A stretch of DNA of 64,000 bases from an uncultured Methanosarcinales archaeon (GTDB lineage Archaea; Nanobdellota; Nanobdellia; Woesearchaeales; GW2011-AR9), in assembly GCA_964510085.1 (NCBI GenBank), contig CAZEAB010000001.1:78583-142582 (forward strand). The letters run 5' to 3'. The translations under genes were made by a program, and so were the position numbers. The notes beneath the pieces are model-generated. The model ran no database searches and was not told the origin of the DNA. It was given only the letters and a program-made list of their open reading frames with translations. Position 1 is the first letter of the stretch. Each line of letters begins with the position of its first letter. Positions 55,968-64,000 of this stretch are shown here, one piece after another.

Positions 55968-56981
55968 TTAATAAGCTTCCTCGGCTTTCTTCTCTAACTT
56001 ATCTCTGTTTTTATCAAACACAGATAACAAAGAACTAATCTCTCTTGCAAGAGCATTCTTCAAATCTAAAGGGTGTATCTTCTTTTTTATATACGCTTTC
56101 TCAATCTCTTCATACGAACTAAATGAGACATTTCCACCAAATTTTTCTGGTCTTTCAATAACAAATTCTTCTCCCGCATCTGATTTAAGAACCATAACAA
56201 CATGTTTTAAGAACGCAAGAACACCATTATCTTCAACCTCTCCTTCAGGACAGAATGCTTTATTCATCTTCTTTGCAACAGTTTTAGTATCATCTAACAA
56301 ATCAATCTTAGAGTTTGGATCTGATGCAGACATTTTCTTTCCCTGCAATCCCGGAATTAACGGAGTCATTACTTCGACTCTTGATTTATATCCTACTCTG
56401 TGTAAATTCTCTCGTGCAAACATTAAGATTTTTCGTTGGTCTACTCCCCCATATTGAACATCTACTTTCAGATACTCTTCATCTAACGCCTGCATTAACG
56501 GATAGATTAGTCCACTTAATTTAGGATTATCTCCAAACTTAACAACTTCTGAACCAGCACGTTTCGCATCGTTAATAGATGTATGTGTTGATAATTTCAG
56601 TAAATCCGTCATATATTCTTTAGATAATTGAAAATCTGACCCTTTTACAATTTCAAACTCAGAAATATCTGCACCAATAGATTTGAACATCTTTGGAATT
56701 GTTTCTGAATAATGTTGAAATCTTTTTTCTAACACCTCCCAAGGCGTGTTATCTAATGCCCCATGAAGGTCTGCTAATAATAACTTTACATGAAATCCTG
56801 CTTTCAAAAAATCTGCTAATTTTAATACTGGAACATAATACCCAATATGTGGTCTTCCTGTAATTGACCAGCCAAGGTAGACAGAAGGTTTCTTCTTCTT
56901 ACAAACTTCTAGAAGTTCTTCTTCTTTTACAACTTCTTGTGTGTTCCTTTTTACTAATGCAACTTTCTCTTCTGGCTTCAT
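55968..56981 (-). CDS. tyrS: tyrosine--tRNA ligase (archaeal type)
   Basis: HIGH-like GRPHIGYY and KMSKS-like KKMSAS, 337 aa. Confidence 0.9.
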   Translation of the reverse strand: MKPEEKVALVKRNTQEVVKEEELLEVCKKKKPSVYLGWSITGRPHIGYYVPVLKLADFLKAGFHVKLLLADLHGALDNTPWEVLEKRFQHYSETIPKMFKSIGADISEFEIVKGSDFQLSKEYMTDLLKLSTHTSINDAKRAGSEVVKFGDNPKLSGLIYPLMQALDEEYLKVDVQYGGVDQRKILMFARENLHRVGYKSRVEVMTPLIPGLQGKKMSASDPNSKIDLLDDTKTVAKKMNKAFCPEGEVEDNGVLAFLKHVVMVLKSDAGEEFVIERPEKFGGNVSFSSYEEIEKAYIKKKIHPLDLKNALAREISSLLSVFDKNRDKLEKKAEEAY

Positions 56982-57025
56982 TTTGTATTGGAGTTTAAAG
57001 GAGTTTAAATAATTAATGGCACAAA

Positions 57026-57034
57026 TTATAAATA
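57026..57034 (+). promoter_or_regulatory. TATA box (TTATAAATA) for the HAD hydrolase gene
   Basis: 23 nt upstream of the ATG at 57058. Supports the internal start. Confidence 0.4.
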
Positions 57035-57057
57035 AACTCCCTATTAATAACCATACT

Positions 57058-57678
57058 ATGGCTAAAACAATCCTGTTAGACTTTTGGGGGACTCTTGTAG
57101 AAAACGGTATTTGGAGTCCGATTAAACAAGTGAAACGTATCTTAAATATTCACGCACAATTCTCTGAATATGTTATTAGAATGGAAAAAGTAATGATGAC
57201 TAAAACTTTCCCTTCATTAAAAGAGGCGTTCCAAGCTGTTGCAGAAGAATTTAACATTCAACCAGATGAAGCACAATTAGATGAATTAGTTGGAATGTGG
57301 AATAAATCCTGGATGTTATCTCAACCATATGATGAAACGAAAGAAATATTACAACGATTAAAAGATGAAGGAAACACATTAATCTTAATCTCAAATTCAG
57401 ATTCAGTATCTATTACAAATGCGTTAGAAAAACACGATTTAAAAAAATTCTTTGATGAAGTGTACTTATCTTTCGAAATCGGAATGATTAAAAGTGATCC
57501 TGCATTTCTAAATAAGGTATTAAAAGATAAAAACAAAGAAACATCTATCCTTATTGGAGATAGTATTCACAGTGATATGGAATCTGCTGAAAAGGCAGGA
57601 ATTATGGGAATATTAATTGACAGACGAGGAACCAGAACATACAAAAATAAAATAAAATCACTTAAGGAGTTACAATGA
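57058..57678 (+). CDS. HAD-superfamily hydrolase
   Basis: Motif I LLDFWGTL, motif II ISNS, motif IV GDSIHSD. Start moved to MAKTILLDF on the basis of promoter spacing. Confidence 0.7.
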   Translation: MAKTILLDFWGTLVENGIWSPIKQVKRILNIHAQFSEYVIRMEKVMMTKTFPSLKEAFQAVAEEFNIQPDEAQLDELVGMWNKSWMLSQPYDETKEILQRLKDEGNTLILISNSDSVSITNALEKHDLKKFFDEVYLSFEIGMIKSDPAFLNKVLKDKNKETSILIGDSIHSDMESAEKAGIMGILIDRRGTRTYKNKIKSLKELQ

Positions 57679-58565
57679 TTAACATTACTTTTTTAGGAAC
57701 TGGTTGCATGCAACCAACAAAAACAAGGAACCACGCCGGAGTACTTCTTACATACAAAGGAGAAAACATTTTATTTGACTGTGGTGAAGGGATCCAAAGA
57801 CAAATGCGTATAGCGGGTGTGAAACCTGCAAAAATAACACGGTTATGTATCTCTCATTGGCATGGAGATCATGTATTTGGAATTCCAGGATTATTAAGTA
57901 GCATGGGAGCAGATCAGTTTGCAAAAAAACTTCATATTTATGGTCCAAAAGGAACTAAAAAGTATTTTGAACATATGTTTAAGTTCTTTGCAGCAAAGGA
58001 TATTATTGAACACGAAGTACATGAAGTAAAGAATGGAATTATTTTTGAAAATGATGAATTTAGTATAACCTCTCATGAATTAAAACATTCTGTACCTTGT
58101 GTTGGGTTTAAATTTCAAGAAAAAGATAGATTGCGAATTGATGTTGCAAAAGCAAAGAAACTCAAATTAGAGGGAGAAATCCTTGGTAAATTACAAGATG
58201 GAAAGAATGTAAAACATGAAGGAAAAACCATTAAATCGGAAGATGTTACATATCCCGTAATTGGAAAATCTGTTTCTTACATTACCGATACAATGGAGTG
58301 TACTGGAGTGTACAAACTAGCAAAAGATAATGATGTACTTATTTTAGAAGGAACGTTCCTTGACGAATTAAAGAAAAATGCAATAAAAACAAAACATCTT
58401 ACAGTAAAACAGTCTGCATTAATGGCTTCTGAAAGTAATGTGAAGAAGGTTATTATAACACATATTAGTCAACGATATAAATCAAACCTTGAACTTATTG
58501 AAGAAGCGCAACAATATTTTCCAAAGGCAGAAGTTGCTGAAGATTTTATGAAGGTGAAATTATGA
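57675..58565 (+). CDS. rnz: ribonuclease Z
   Basis: Metallo-beta-lactamase motif SHWHGDH. N-terminal ITFLGTG. Confidence 0.85.
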   Translation: MINITFLGTGCMQPTKTRNHAGVLLTYKGENILFDCGEGIQRQMRIAGVKPAKITRLCISHWHGDHVFGIPGLLSSMGADQFAKKLHIYGPKGTKKYFEHMFKFFAAKDIIEHEVHEVKNGIIFENDEFSITSHELKHSVPCVGFKFQEKDRLRIDVAKAKKLKLEGEILGKLQDGKNVKHEGKTIKSEDVTYPVIGKSVSYITDTMECTGVYKLAKDNDVLILEGTFLDELKKNAIKTKHLTVKQSALMASESNVKKVIITHISQRYKSNLELIEEAQQYFPKAEVAEDFMKVKL

Positions 58566-59101
58566 AGATACATGTTGGTTCTCAAAACCCTGCAAAGGTA
58601 GATGCTGTTGCTGAGATGGTTCAAGATTATGATATTCTAAAACACGCAGAGGTAAAAGGGATTTCTACAGAATCAGGAGTTTCTGAACAACCTCTTTCTT
58701 TAGATGAAACAATCCAAGGTGCAATGAACCGTGCTCAGAACTGTTTTGAAGGAAGCCAGTATGGGATTGGAATTGAAGGTGGCCTCATTACTGTAAATTA
58801 TGGTCAAAGAGAGAGACATATGAATGTGTGTGCAGCAGTAGTATTTGATGGGAAAAATTTCTATTTAGGGCTATCTTCTTTGTTTGAATTGCCTAAAGTG
58901 GCATCAATCCATATTCAAAAAGGAGGAAATCTTAATGATGCAATGCATGTTTCCGGATTAACTTCAGATACGGAAGTTGGAAAGAATCAAGGTGCAATTG
59001 GTATTCTAACAAATGGAAGATTGCCTCGAAAAGCGTATTCTAAACAAGCATTAATGAACGCACTTATACATTTAGAACATCACGAAATTTATCAACAATA
59101 A
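58562..59101 (+). CDS. inosine/xanthosine triphosphatase (YjjX/DUF84 family)
   Basis: ..GSQNPAKVDAV...ESGVSEQPLSLDETIQGAMNRA.. matches the YjjX pattern. Confidence 0.7.
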   Translation: MKIHVGSQNPAKVDAVAEMVQDYDILKHAEVKGISTESGVSEQPLSLDETIQGAMNRAQNCFEGSQYGIGIEGGLITVNYGQRERHMNVCAAVVFDGKNFYLGLSSLFELPKVASIHIQKGGNLNDAMHVSGLTSDTEVGKNQGAIGILTNGRLPRKAYSKQALMNALIHLEHHEIYQQ

Positions 59102-59431
59102 TTATTGTGGTGGCTGTTGAGGAACTTCTTGAGCTGGTGGTGCTGTTTCTACAGGTACTTGTTCAACTGGCGCTGCTTCCTGAGCTACCGGTTGTTCTGC
59201 AAGAGTTTGAGTGGCACCGGTAGGTACACTCTCCGCTGGCGTCTCTGCTGTTTCCCTTACTTCCTTATCCTTCTTTTTCTCCAACACCAACACAAGAATT
59301 AATACAACTGCGCTCGTTCCACCAATCTGAGCTAATCCCATTCCTGTGCTTGTATCAAATACAAAGAATACAGAACCAAGATATGCTAATATTAACACCA
59401 ACTGTATAATCACGACTACTGTTTTATTCAT
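59102..59431 (-). CDS. hypothetical membrane protein with P/Q/A/V-rich tail
   Basis: Two TM helices, then a low-complexity PAESVPTGATQTLAEQPVAQEAAPVEQVPVETAPPAQEVPQQPPQ tail. Confidence 0.35.
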   Translation of the reverse strand: MNKTVVVIIQLVLILAYLGSVFFVFDTSTGMGLAQIGGTSAVVLILVLVLEKKKDKEVRETAETPAESVPTGATQTLAEQPVAQEAAPVEQVPVETAPPAQEVPQQPPQ

Positions 59432-59475
59432 ACAAAAAGGAAAGATATATCAATATATAAATTTATAGTTCTTGC

Positions 59476-59886
59476 ATGAGAAATCCAAAAGCAAAAGGTT
59501 CTAAAGGAGAGAGGGAACTTATCAAATTCTTTAATGAATCTGGCTGGGTTGCTATTAGATCTGCGGGTTCTGGTTCTTCTCAATACCCTTCTCCAGACAT
59601 TCTAGCTGGAAATGCTATGCGTAGATTAGCAATAGAATGTAAAGTTACGAAAGATAAAAAAAAATACTTTCCTCACTCTGAGATTGAACAATTACAAACA
59701 TTCTCAAACCATTTTGGAGCCGAAGCATGGATTGGAGTTAAATTTCCAAATGACCCTTGGTATTTCATAATGCTTGAAGATCTTGAGAAAACTGGCGCAA
59801 ATTGGGCTATTTCTACAGAAATGGCAAGGATACGTGGTCTTACTTACAACGAACTTATAGAAAAACCAAAAGAATTTCAAAACTAG
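59476..59886 (+). CDS. hjc: Holliday junction resolvase Hjc
   Basis: ..GSKGERELIKFFNESGWVAIRSAGSG...PDILAG...IECK.. catalytic E-D-E-K pattern. Confidence 0.85.
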   Translation: MRNPKAKGSKGERELIKFFNESGWVAIRSAGSGSSQYPSPDILAGNAMRRLAIECKVTKDKKKYFPHSEIEQLQTFSNHFGAEAWIGVKFPNDPWYFIMLEDLEKTGANWAISTEMARIRGLTYNELIEKPKEFQN

Positions 59887-59954
59887 TTTTGCTATGTTCT
59901 TATAGAAACATTTATAAGTGTTGTCACCGATTATAAGTAGAAAATATTCTCAAA

Positions 59955-60764
59955 ATGCGGTTAACTAAAAAGAAAACTGAGGAAATTCTCATTGGTATTC
60001 TTGGTGAGAATGCTGTTCCACTTATTGACCAACTCATTGGAAAACAAAATGTTTCTGAATTTGATCTTGCAAAGAAGACTAGATTTGATATAAAGGTTGT
60101 TCGTAAGATGTTATATTTGCTCTATAATGATAATTTAGTTAGTTTTAATCGTAAAAAGGACAAGCAAAAAGGGTGGTACATATATTATTGGACTCTTGTT
60201 CCAGACAGTATCAAATTTAGCTATTTTAAGAATAGAAGAGATTTACTCTTCAGATTAAAAAAGCGTTTAGAAGAAGAGGAAAGAGAATTATTCTTCGTAT
60301 CTCCTGACCGAAGAACTCGTATGAATTTTGATGAAGCGATGGAATATGATTTTAGGTGTCCCGATACAGGAGATTTATTGGATCAGGATGATAATCAAAA
60401 TATTATTAAACAATTAAAAAAGAAAATTATTCAAGTTGAAGATGAAGTTGCAAAACTTATTGAAATGAGACGTTCTAAACGAAAACTTGTAAAAACAAAG
60501 CAGAAAGAAGTAAAGAAACGGAAAGTGGCGAAGAAGAAAACAGCTCCTAAAAAGAAAACTGTAAAGAAAAAACCTGCTTCTAAAAAGAAAGTTGTAAAAA
60601 AGAAACCCGTAAAAACCAAAGTAACTAAAAAAATTGCTAAAAAAGCAGCTAAGAAAAAAGTTGTGAAAAAGAAAATTGCAAAGCGTACTGCAAAAAAGAA
60701 AGCCGTTTCTAAAAAATCTTTAAAGAAACCAGTAAAAAAGAAAGTACGTAAGAAAAAGAAATAA
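59955..60764 (+). CDS. tfe: transcription factor E (TFE-alpha) with ~98-aa lysine-rich C-terminal tail
   Basis: Winged helix (..FDLAKKTRFDIKVVRKMLYLLYNDNLVSF...KGWYIYYWTL..). Degenerate Zn-ribbon region (FRCPDTGD). Then KKxx repeats. Confidence 0.7.
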   Translation: MRLTKKKTEEILIGILGENAVPLIDQLIGKQNVSEFDLAKKTRFDIKVVRKMLYLLYNDNLVSFNRKKDKQKGWYIYYWTLVPDSIKFSYFKNRRDLLFRLKKRLEEEERELFFVSPDRRTRMNFDEAMEYDFRCPDTGDLLDQDDNQNIIKQLKKKIIQVEDEVAKLIEMRRSKRKLVKTKQKEVKKRKVAKKKTAPKKKTVKKKPASKKKVVKKKPVKTKVTKKIAKKAAKKKVVKKKIAKRTAKKKAVSKKSLKKPVKKKVRKKKK

Positions 60765-60765
60765 A

Positions 60766-61002
60766 TTATCTTTTACGTTTTTTGGTTGTTCTCTTCTTAG
60801 GAGCTCTTCGTTTAATCATTCTCTCGATTACCTTCTCTTCCTTAAGAATTCTTCCAGTCATACGTTGAATATTAGCTTCCATTGACGCAACACGTCTCTC
60901 TAACATTATTAAAACACGTAACGAGTATACAATTGCCGCTAATGTACCTATTATTACTGCAAGTATAACTTCTGCTAATTCTAATCCAGCCATAGTAAAC
61001 AC
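60766..61002 (-). CDS. hypothetical small membrane protein with basic tail
   Basis: 78 aa, one TM helix, C-terminal KRRAPKKRTTKKRKR. Confidence 0.3.
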   Translation of the reverse strand: MFTMAGLELAEVILAVIIGTLAAIVYSLRVLIMLERRVASMEANIQRMTGRILKEEKVIERMIKRRAPKKRTTKKRKR

Positions 61003-61080
61003 CTCTTTTTAATACTTCTTTTGTAATGTTACTAAATATCCTATGTATATAAAAGTTACGCCATTATTTACTCAACAAGA

Positions 61081-61088
61081 TTTATAAA
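61081..61088 (+). promoter_or_regulatory. TATA box (TTTATAAA) for aIF2-beta
   Basis: 22 nt upstream of the ATG at 61111. Confidence 0.5.
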
Positions 61089-61110
61089 AGATAGGACAAA
61101 ACAGAGAAAT

Positions 61111-61515
61111 ATGGATTATGAAACACTATTAAAGAAAGCTCGAGAAGAATTACCTGAACAAGTTCATGGTAGCGAGAGATTTACTATAGAAAAAGTTAAA
61201 GGGCACCTTGAAGGGAATAAAACAGTTCTAATAAATCTTAAAAAAATTGCTAAGGACCTTGGAAGAAAACCAGACCACTTACTTAAGTATCTTCTTCGGG
61301 AGTTAGCAACGCCAGGAAAATTTGCTGGTCCTAGAACTATTTTTGGTGCAAAAGTATCTGCAAATAAAATTAATAAAAAAATTAAGAAATATGCGAGTGA
61401 ATTTGTATTCTGTTCTGAATGTAGTAAGCCCGAAACCACTCTTTCTGAAGACAGAGGAATTACATACTTAAAATGTCAAGCATGTGGTGTCAAAAAACCC
61501 GTGAAAAATGTATGA
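61111..61515 (+). CDS. eif2b: translation initiation factor 2 subunit beta
   Basis: ..LLKYLLRELATPG.. and C-terminal zinc ribbon CSECSKPET...CQACG. Confidence 0.9.
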   Translation: MDYETLLKKAREELPEQVHGSERFTIEKVKGHLEGNKTVLINLKKIAKDLGRKPDHLLKYLLRELATPGKFAGPRTIFGAKVSANKINKKIKKYASEFVFCSECSKPETTLSEDRGITYLKCQACGVKKPVKNV

Positions 61516-61793
61516 TTGTTTCTATTAAAGAAGATTTACTTATTGTAACTGATTCTGATATTCTTGGGAAAAAGTTTGAAGAAGATAAAAAACAACTAGA
61601 TTTAACTTCAGATTTCTATAAAGGTGAAGAGAAGAACAAAGAAGAAGTAAAGATATTAATACCAAAAGCAAGACATCTTCATCTTACTGGAAAGGAATCC
61701 GTTGCAATTGGTGTTGAAATGGATTTGGTTGATCCCTCTAAAATTTTGTATGTAAATACAATTCCTCATGCGGAAGTTGTTATTGAGAATTAA
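61512..61793 (+). CDS. DUF424-like protein
   Basis: Internal start with ATGA overlap. MIVSIKEDLLIVTDSDILGKKFEE...FYKGEE pattern. Confidence 0.5.
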   Translation: MIVSIKEDLLIVTDSDILGKKFEEDKKQLDLTSDFYKGEEKNKEEVKILIPKARHLHLTGKESVAIGVEMDLVDPSKILYVNTIPHAEVVIEN

Positions 61794-64000
61794 GCAAAAA
61801 ACTCTCCCAACCCAACTTGTTTATCCTTCTTACCAAAGACCGCATCCACATTAATTCGTAACATATCTAACGTCTGTTTCAAATATGGAGAGAAGGCATA
61901 TCTCTCTGCTAGTTCTAAAGAAGGACCCAAATACTTAATTACAGACCCTTCAGATATTGTAAATAACAATTTTCCACCACAATGACATTTGGAACTTAAT
62001 GGAGGCCTTCTATACTTTGCATTGCAGGTAACACATCTAAATCCTTGCATTGAAAATTTTCTAAAGTTTCCTTTAATATCTCTCAAAAAATGTCTTTCAA
62101 TTACTAATCGAGCCACGTCATCCATGTCTACAGCCCTAACTTTTTGTGCTATATCCATTTGTCCAAACAATTTCTCACGCATGGAAGGAAGAAGTTTATA
62201 CGCTGAACAACACACACCCTTATTGAAATTATCAATTCTATGGGTATATCCAAAATCTTCAAATTGTTTGACTGTTTCTAACCTATTTGCTAGTTGTTCT
62301 ATTTTTACATCCCATGGATTTTTCATTTCTAATGCTGCTTCATATAATTCTAAAGGGTATTTCCACGCAACGTCCATCCCATGTACTTGGTCATCTACTT
62401 CTGTTGGATTTAACACCGAAGTAAGAACAAGAGGGGCATCCATTGTCTTTGCGCCTCTTCTTTCTGGAAGATATTTTCTTGAAAAGTTAAGTAATGCATC
62501 CATAAGTAACATAATTCCTGCTTCATCTCCATCACATTGTTTTGTTAAAATAGAATTTGCTGATACTTCGTTCCCTTCAACATTCAGACAGTAGCTAACT
62601 TTATTTTCCAATAATTCTATTGACTTTACTGTATCATAAACATACTTTTCATCATATTTTTGATTAATTCTAACTGCTTTCTTTTGTTTAACAATATGGA
62701 ATATGTCTTTTTTCCTTTGTGATATAAATCCAACATATTTTGCAAATTTTTTCACAAAAACACTTTGGATTATTCCTTTTGTAGATGTGAATTGAGGAAT
62801 TTCTCTATCTTTTCTAATATAAAAGTCTTTTAATTTTTGTCCTGGATAGGAGGTGTATGTATAATTTTTAACAAAAACTCCCATTCTACCACACAAAAAA
62901 TCCATATCTCGAAGCAAACCTTCACTAACTGTGTCAAAAGTAACCCGTAACTCTGATTTACTAACTGACCCATCACCTTCAAAATATCCACTAAGAATAT
63001 GTCCTATTTTTTGTAGTGGTAAATCCAAGAACATAGATGGAAACCTTTTCTCATAAGCTGAGCTTCCACAATGTAATATCTGAGTGAATAAGTAATATAA
63101 TATTCTACTAGAATATGTTAATCTATCTTTTTTATTTTCTGTGGTTTTAAGGCCAAAAATATATAACATTGTTTTAGACACAAATTGTCGTACATCTTCA
63201 TTCTCTGCCGCAATGTACATTTGATAGAGCTTTTTATCTACTTTTCTTGAATATCCCTCAGCAACGTATAAACCAATTATTTTCAGAAAATCCTCATTTA
63301 TTGGAATTCTGTTAGGTATTTTGATTGTATCTCTTTTTGCTGACAAAAAGAATGAATCTTCCTGCTTTAAGTGTCCATTTAAGATTAAATATTGTACAAA
63401 TTTGATTGGATACGAATCTCTTGAGGTATAATTATCATATTCTCTTTTTGAAAAATACTTTTTTGCGTATATTTTAACAGTAGGTAAGAGTTCATTTAAT
63501 TTTCTAACCGTCACCCAATCTTCGTCTTTAAGATAATCAAACAAATATAATTCTTTAATATCATTTGCTCTTATCTTAATCTTATAAGGGATTCCTAAAT
63601 TGTCTCCCACTTTAAGATTATAGGCTGGTTTTACCTGTTTTTTGTTATCATTAAATATTATTTGTTTATGATTATAAGTAAGATGTAATGTCCTTCCTAA
63701 TTGTGTTTCTATTTTAATAAATTTTTGAGGTGCGTGTTTAGTAAAATTATTTACCTTAGTAATGGAATTATTTCCTAATGTTTCTATTCTTCTTACTTGT
63801 ATTTCTTTTGTGCCAAAATTATCTATTACTTCTTGTGGGTTCAGTTTTTCAACAATTTTTCCTATTTTTTCTATCTTCCAACCTTGAGACGTTTTCAAAG
63901 AAATAAATGTATCATACCCAAAACAATCTCTTCTTAGTCCTGCATGGTACATTGGATGTGTAATTAGTCCCTGAGTTTCTGAGAAACCAATAATCCTCCC
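61790..64000 (-). CDS. polC: DNA polymerase II (PolD) large subunit DP2, C-terminal part, interrupted by an intein (5' end beyond window)
   Basis: The frame is open to the window edge (..GRIIGFSETQGLITHPMYHAGLRRD|intein|CDGDEAGIMLLMDALLNFSRKYLP..). C-terminal Zn finger CVTCNAKY...CHCGG. Confidence 0.9.
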   Translation of the reverse strand, partial: GRIIGFSETQGLITHPMYHAGLRRDCFGYDTFISLKTSQGWKIEKIGKIVEKLNPQEVIDNFGTKEIQVRRIETLGNNSITKVNNFTKHAPQKFIKIETQLGRTLHLTYNHKQIIFNDNKKQVKPAYNLKVGDNLGIPYKIKIRANDIKELYLFDYLKDEDWVTVRKLNELLPTVKIYAKKYFSKREYDNYTSRDSYPIKFVQYLILNGHLKQEDSFFLSAKRDTIKIPNRIPINEDFLKIIGLYVAEGYSRKVDKKLYQMYIAAENEDVRQFVSKTMLYIFGLKTTENKKDRLTYSSRILYYLFTQILHCGSSAYEKRFPSMFLDLPLQKIGHILSGYFEGDGSVSKSELRVTFDTVSEGLLRDMDFLCGRMGVFVKNYTYTSYPGQKLKDFYIRKDREIPQFTSTKGIIQSVFVKKFAKYVGFISQRKKDIFHIVKQKKAVRINQKYDEKYVYDTVKSIELLENKVSYCLNVEGNEVSANSILTKQCDGDEAGIMLLMDALLNFSRKYLPERRGAKTMDAPLVLTSVLNPTEVDDQVHGMDVAWKYPLELYEAALEMKNPWDVKIEQLANRLETVKQFEDFGYTHRIDNFNKGVCCSAYKLLPSMREKLFGQMDIAQKVRAVDMDDVARLVIERHFLRDIKGNFRKFSMQGFRCVTCNAKYRRPPLSSKCHCGGKLLFTISEGSVIKYLGPSLELAERYAFSPYLKQTLDMLRINVDAVFGKKDKQVGLGEFFA
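62537..63925 (-). mobile_element. 463-aa intein with LAGLIDADG homing-endonuclease domain in PolD DP2
   Basis: Starts CFGYDTFISL (Cys1). Block B LTYNH. LAGLIDADG motifs LKIIGLYVAEGY and ILSGYFEGDGSV. Ends ..SILTKQ, followed by +1 Cys of the CDGDE extein motif. Confidence 0.85.

Noticed and set aside
60468-60764. AAG/AAA-rich DNA as a tandem repeat or low-complexity non-coding region
   Set aside because: It is in frame with TFE and ends at a stop codon. The repeats are imperfect at the DNA level and encode a coherent KKxx tail.

Overview
AT-rich archaeal chromosomal segment. The gene content is archaeal: histone, aIF5A, aIF2-beta, aRF1, TFE, RadA, Hjc, PolD, RFC, Nop5/fibrillarin, NAC, prefoldin, Sec61-beta and RNase P RNA plus Rpp21. 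Compact packing and many small surface proteins suggest a small-genome, DPANN-like lineage, which is an inference. The window holds about 85 tightly packed protein genes, many with 4-nt ATGA overlaps. Most have a TTTATA(T/A)A box 21-26 nt upstream of the ATG, consistent with leaderless mRNAs. Gene groups present: the ribosomal L3-L4-L23-L2 operon; Nop5-fibrillarin; SecF-SecD; CTP synthase; an ABC-2 exporter; a folC / thyA-folA-glyA thymidylate-folate cluster; trxB-pepA; PEP synthase; TyrRS; RNase Z; one tRNA-Pro(UGG); and RNase P RNA. The 3' part of the PolD large-subunit gene carries a 463-aa LAGLIDADG intein. No rRNA, CRISPR array, IS element or recognisable defence system was seen. The most notable unexplained signal is a family of at least seven GC-rich ~70-nt intergenic elements. 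They have a conserved core, compensatory changes in three stems, and a T-arm-like GAAUCC motif. Four of them punctuate successive transcription units between 48 and 55 kb. A possibly related 122-nt GC-rich element lies at 46.8 kb and a degenerate copy at 7.0 kb. Other points: an asparagine-synthetase/Dph6 (diphthine-ammonia ligase-like) fusion; a four-hairpin non-coding block at 16.5 kb; ORB-like and TGTCCAGTG repeats next to radA; a pilin-like/HExxH surface operon bracketed by inverted repeat copies; TFE with a histone-H1-like lysine tail; an N-terminally short Nop5; and a Cys-less L40e.
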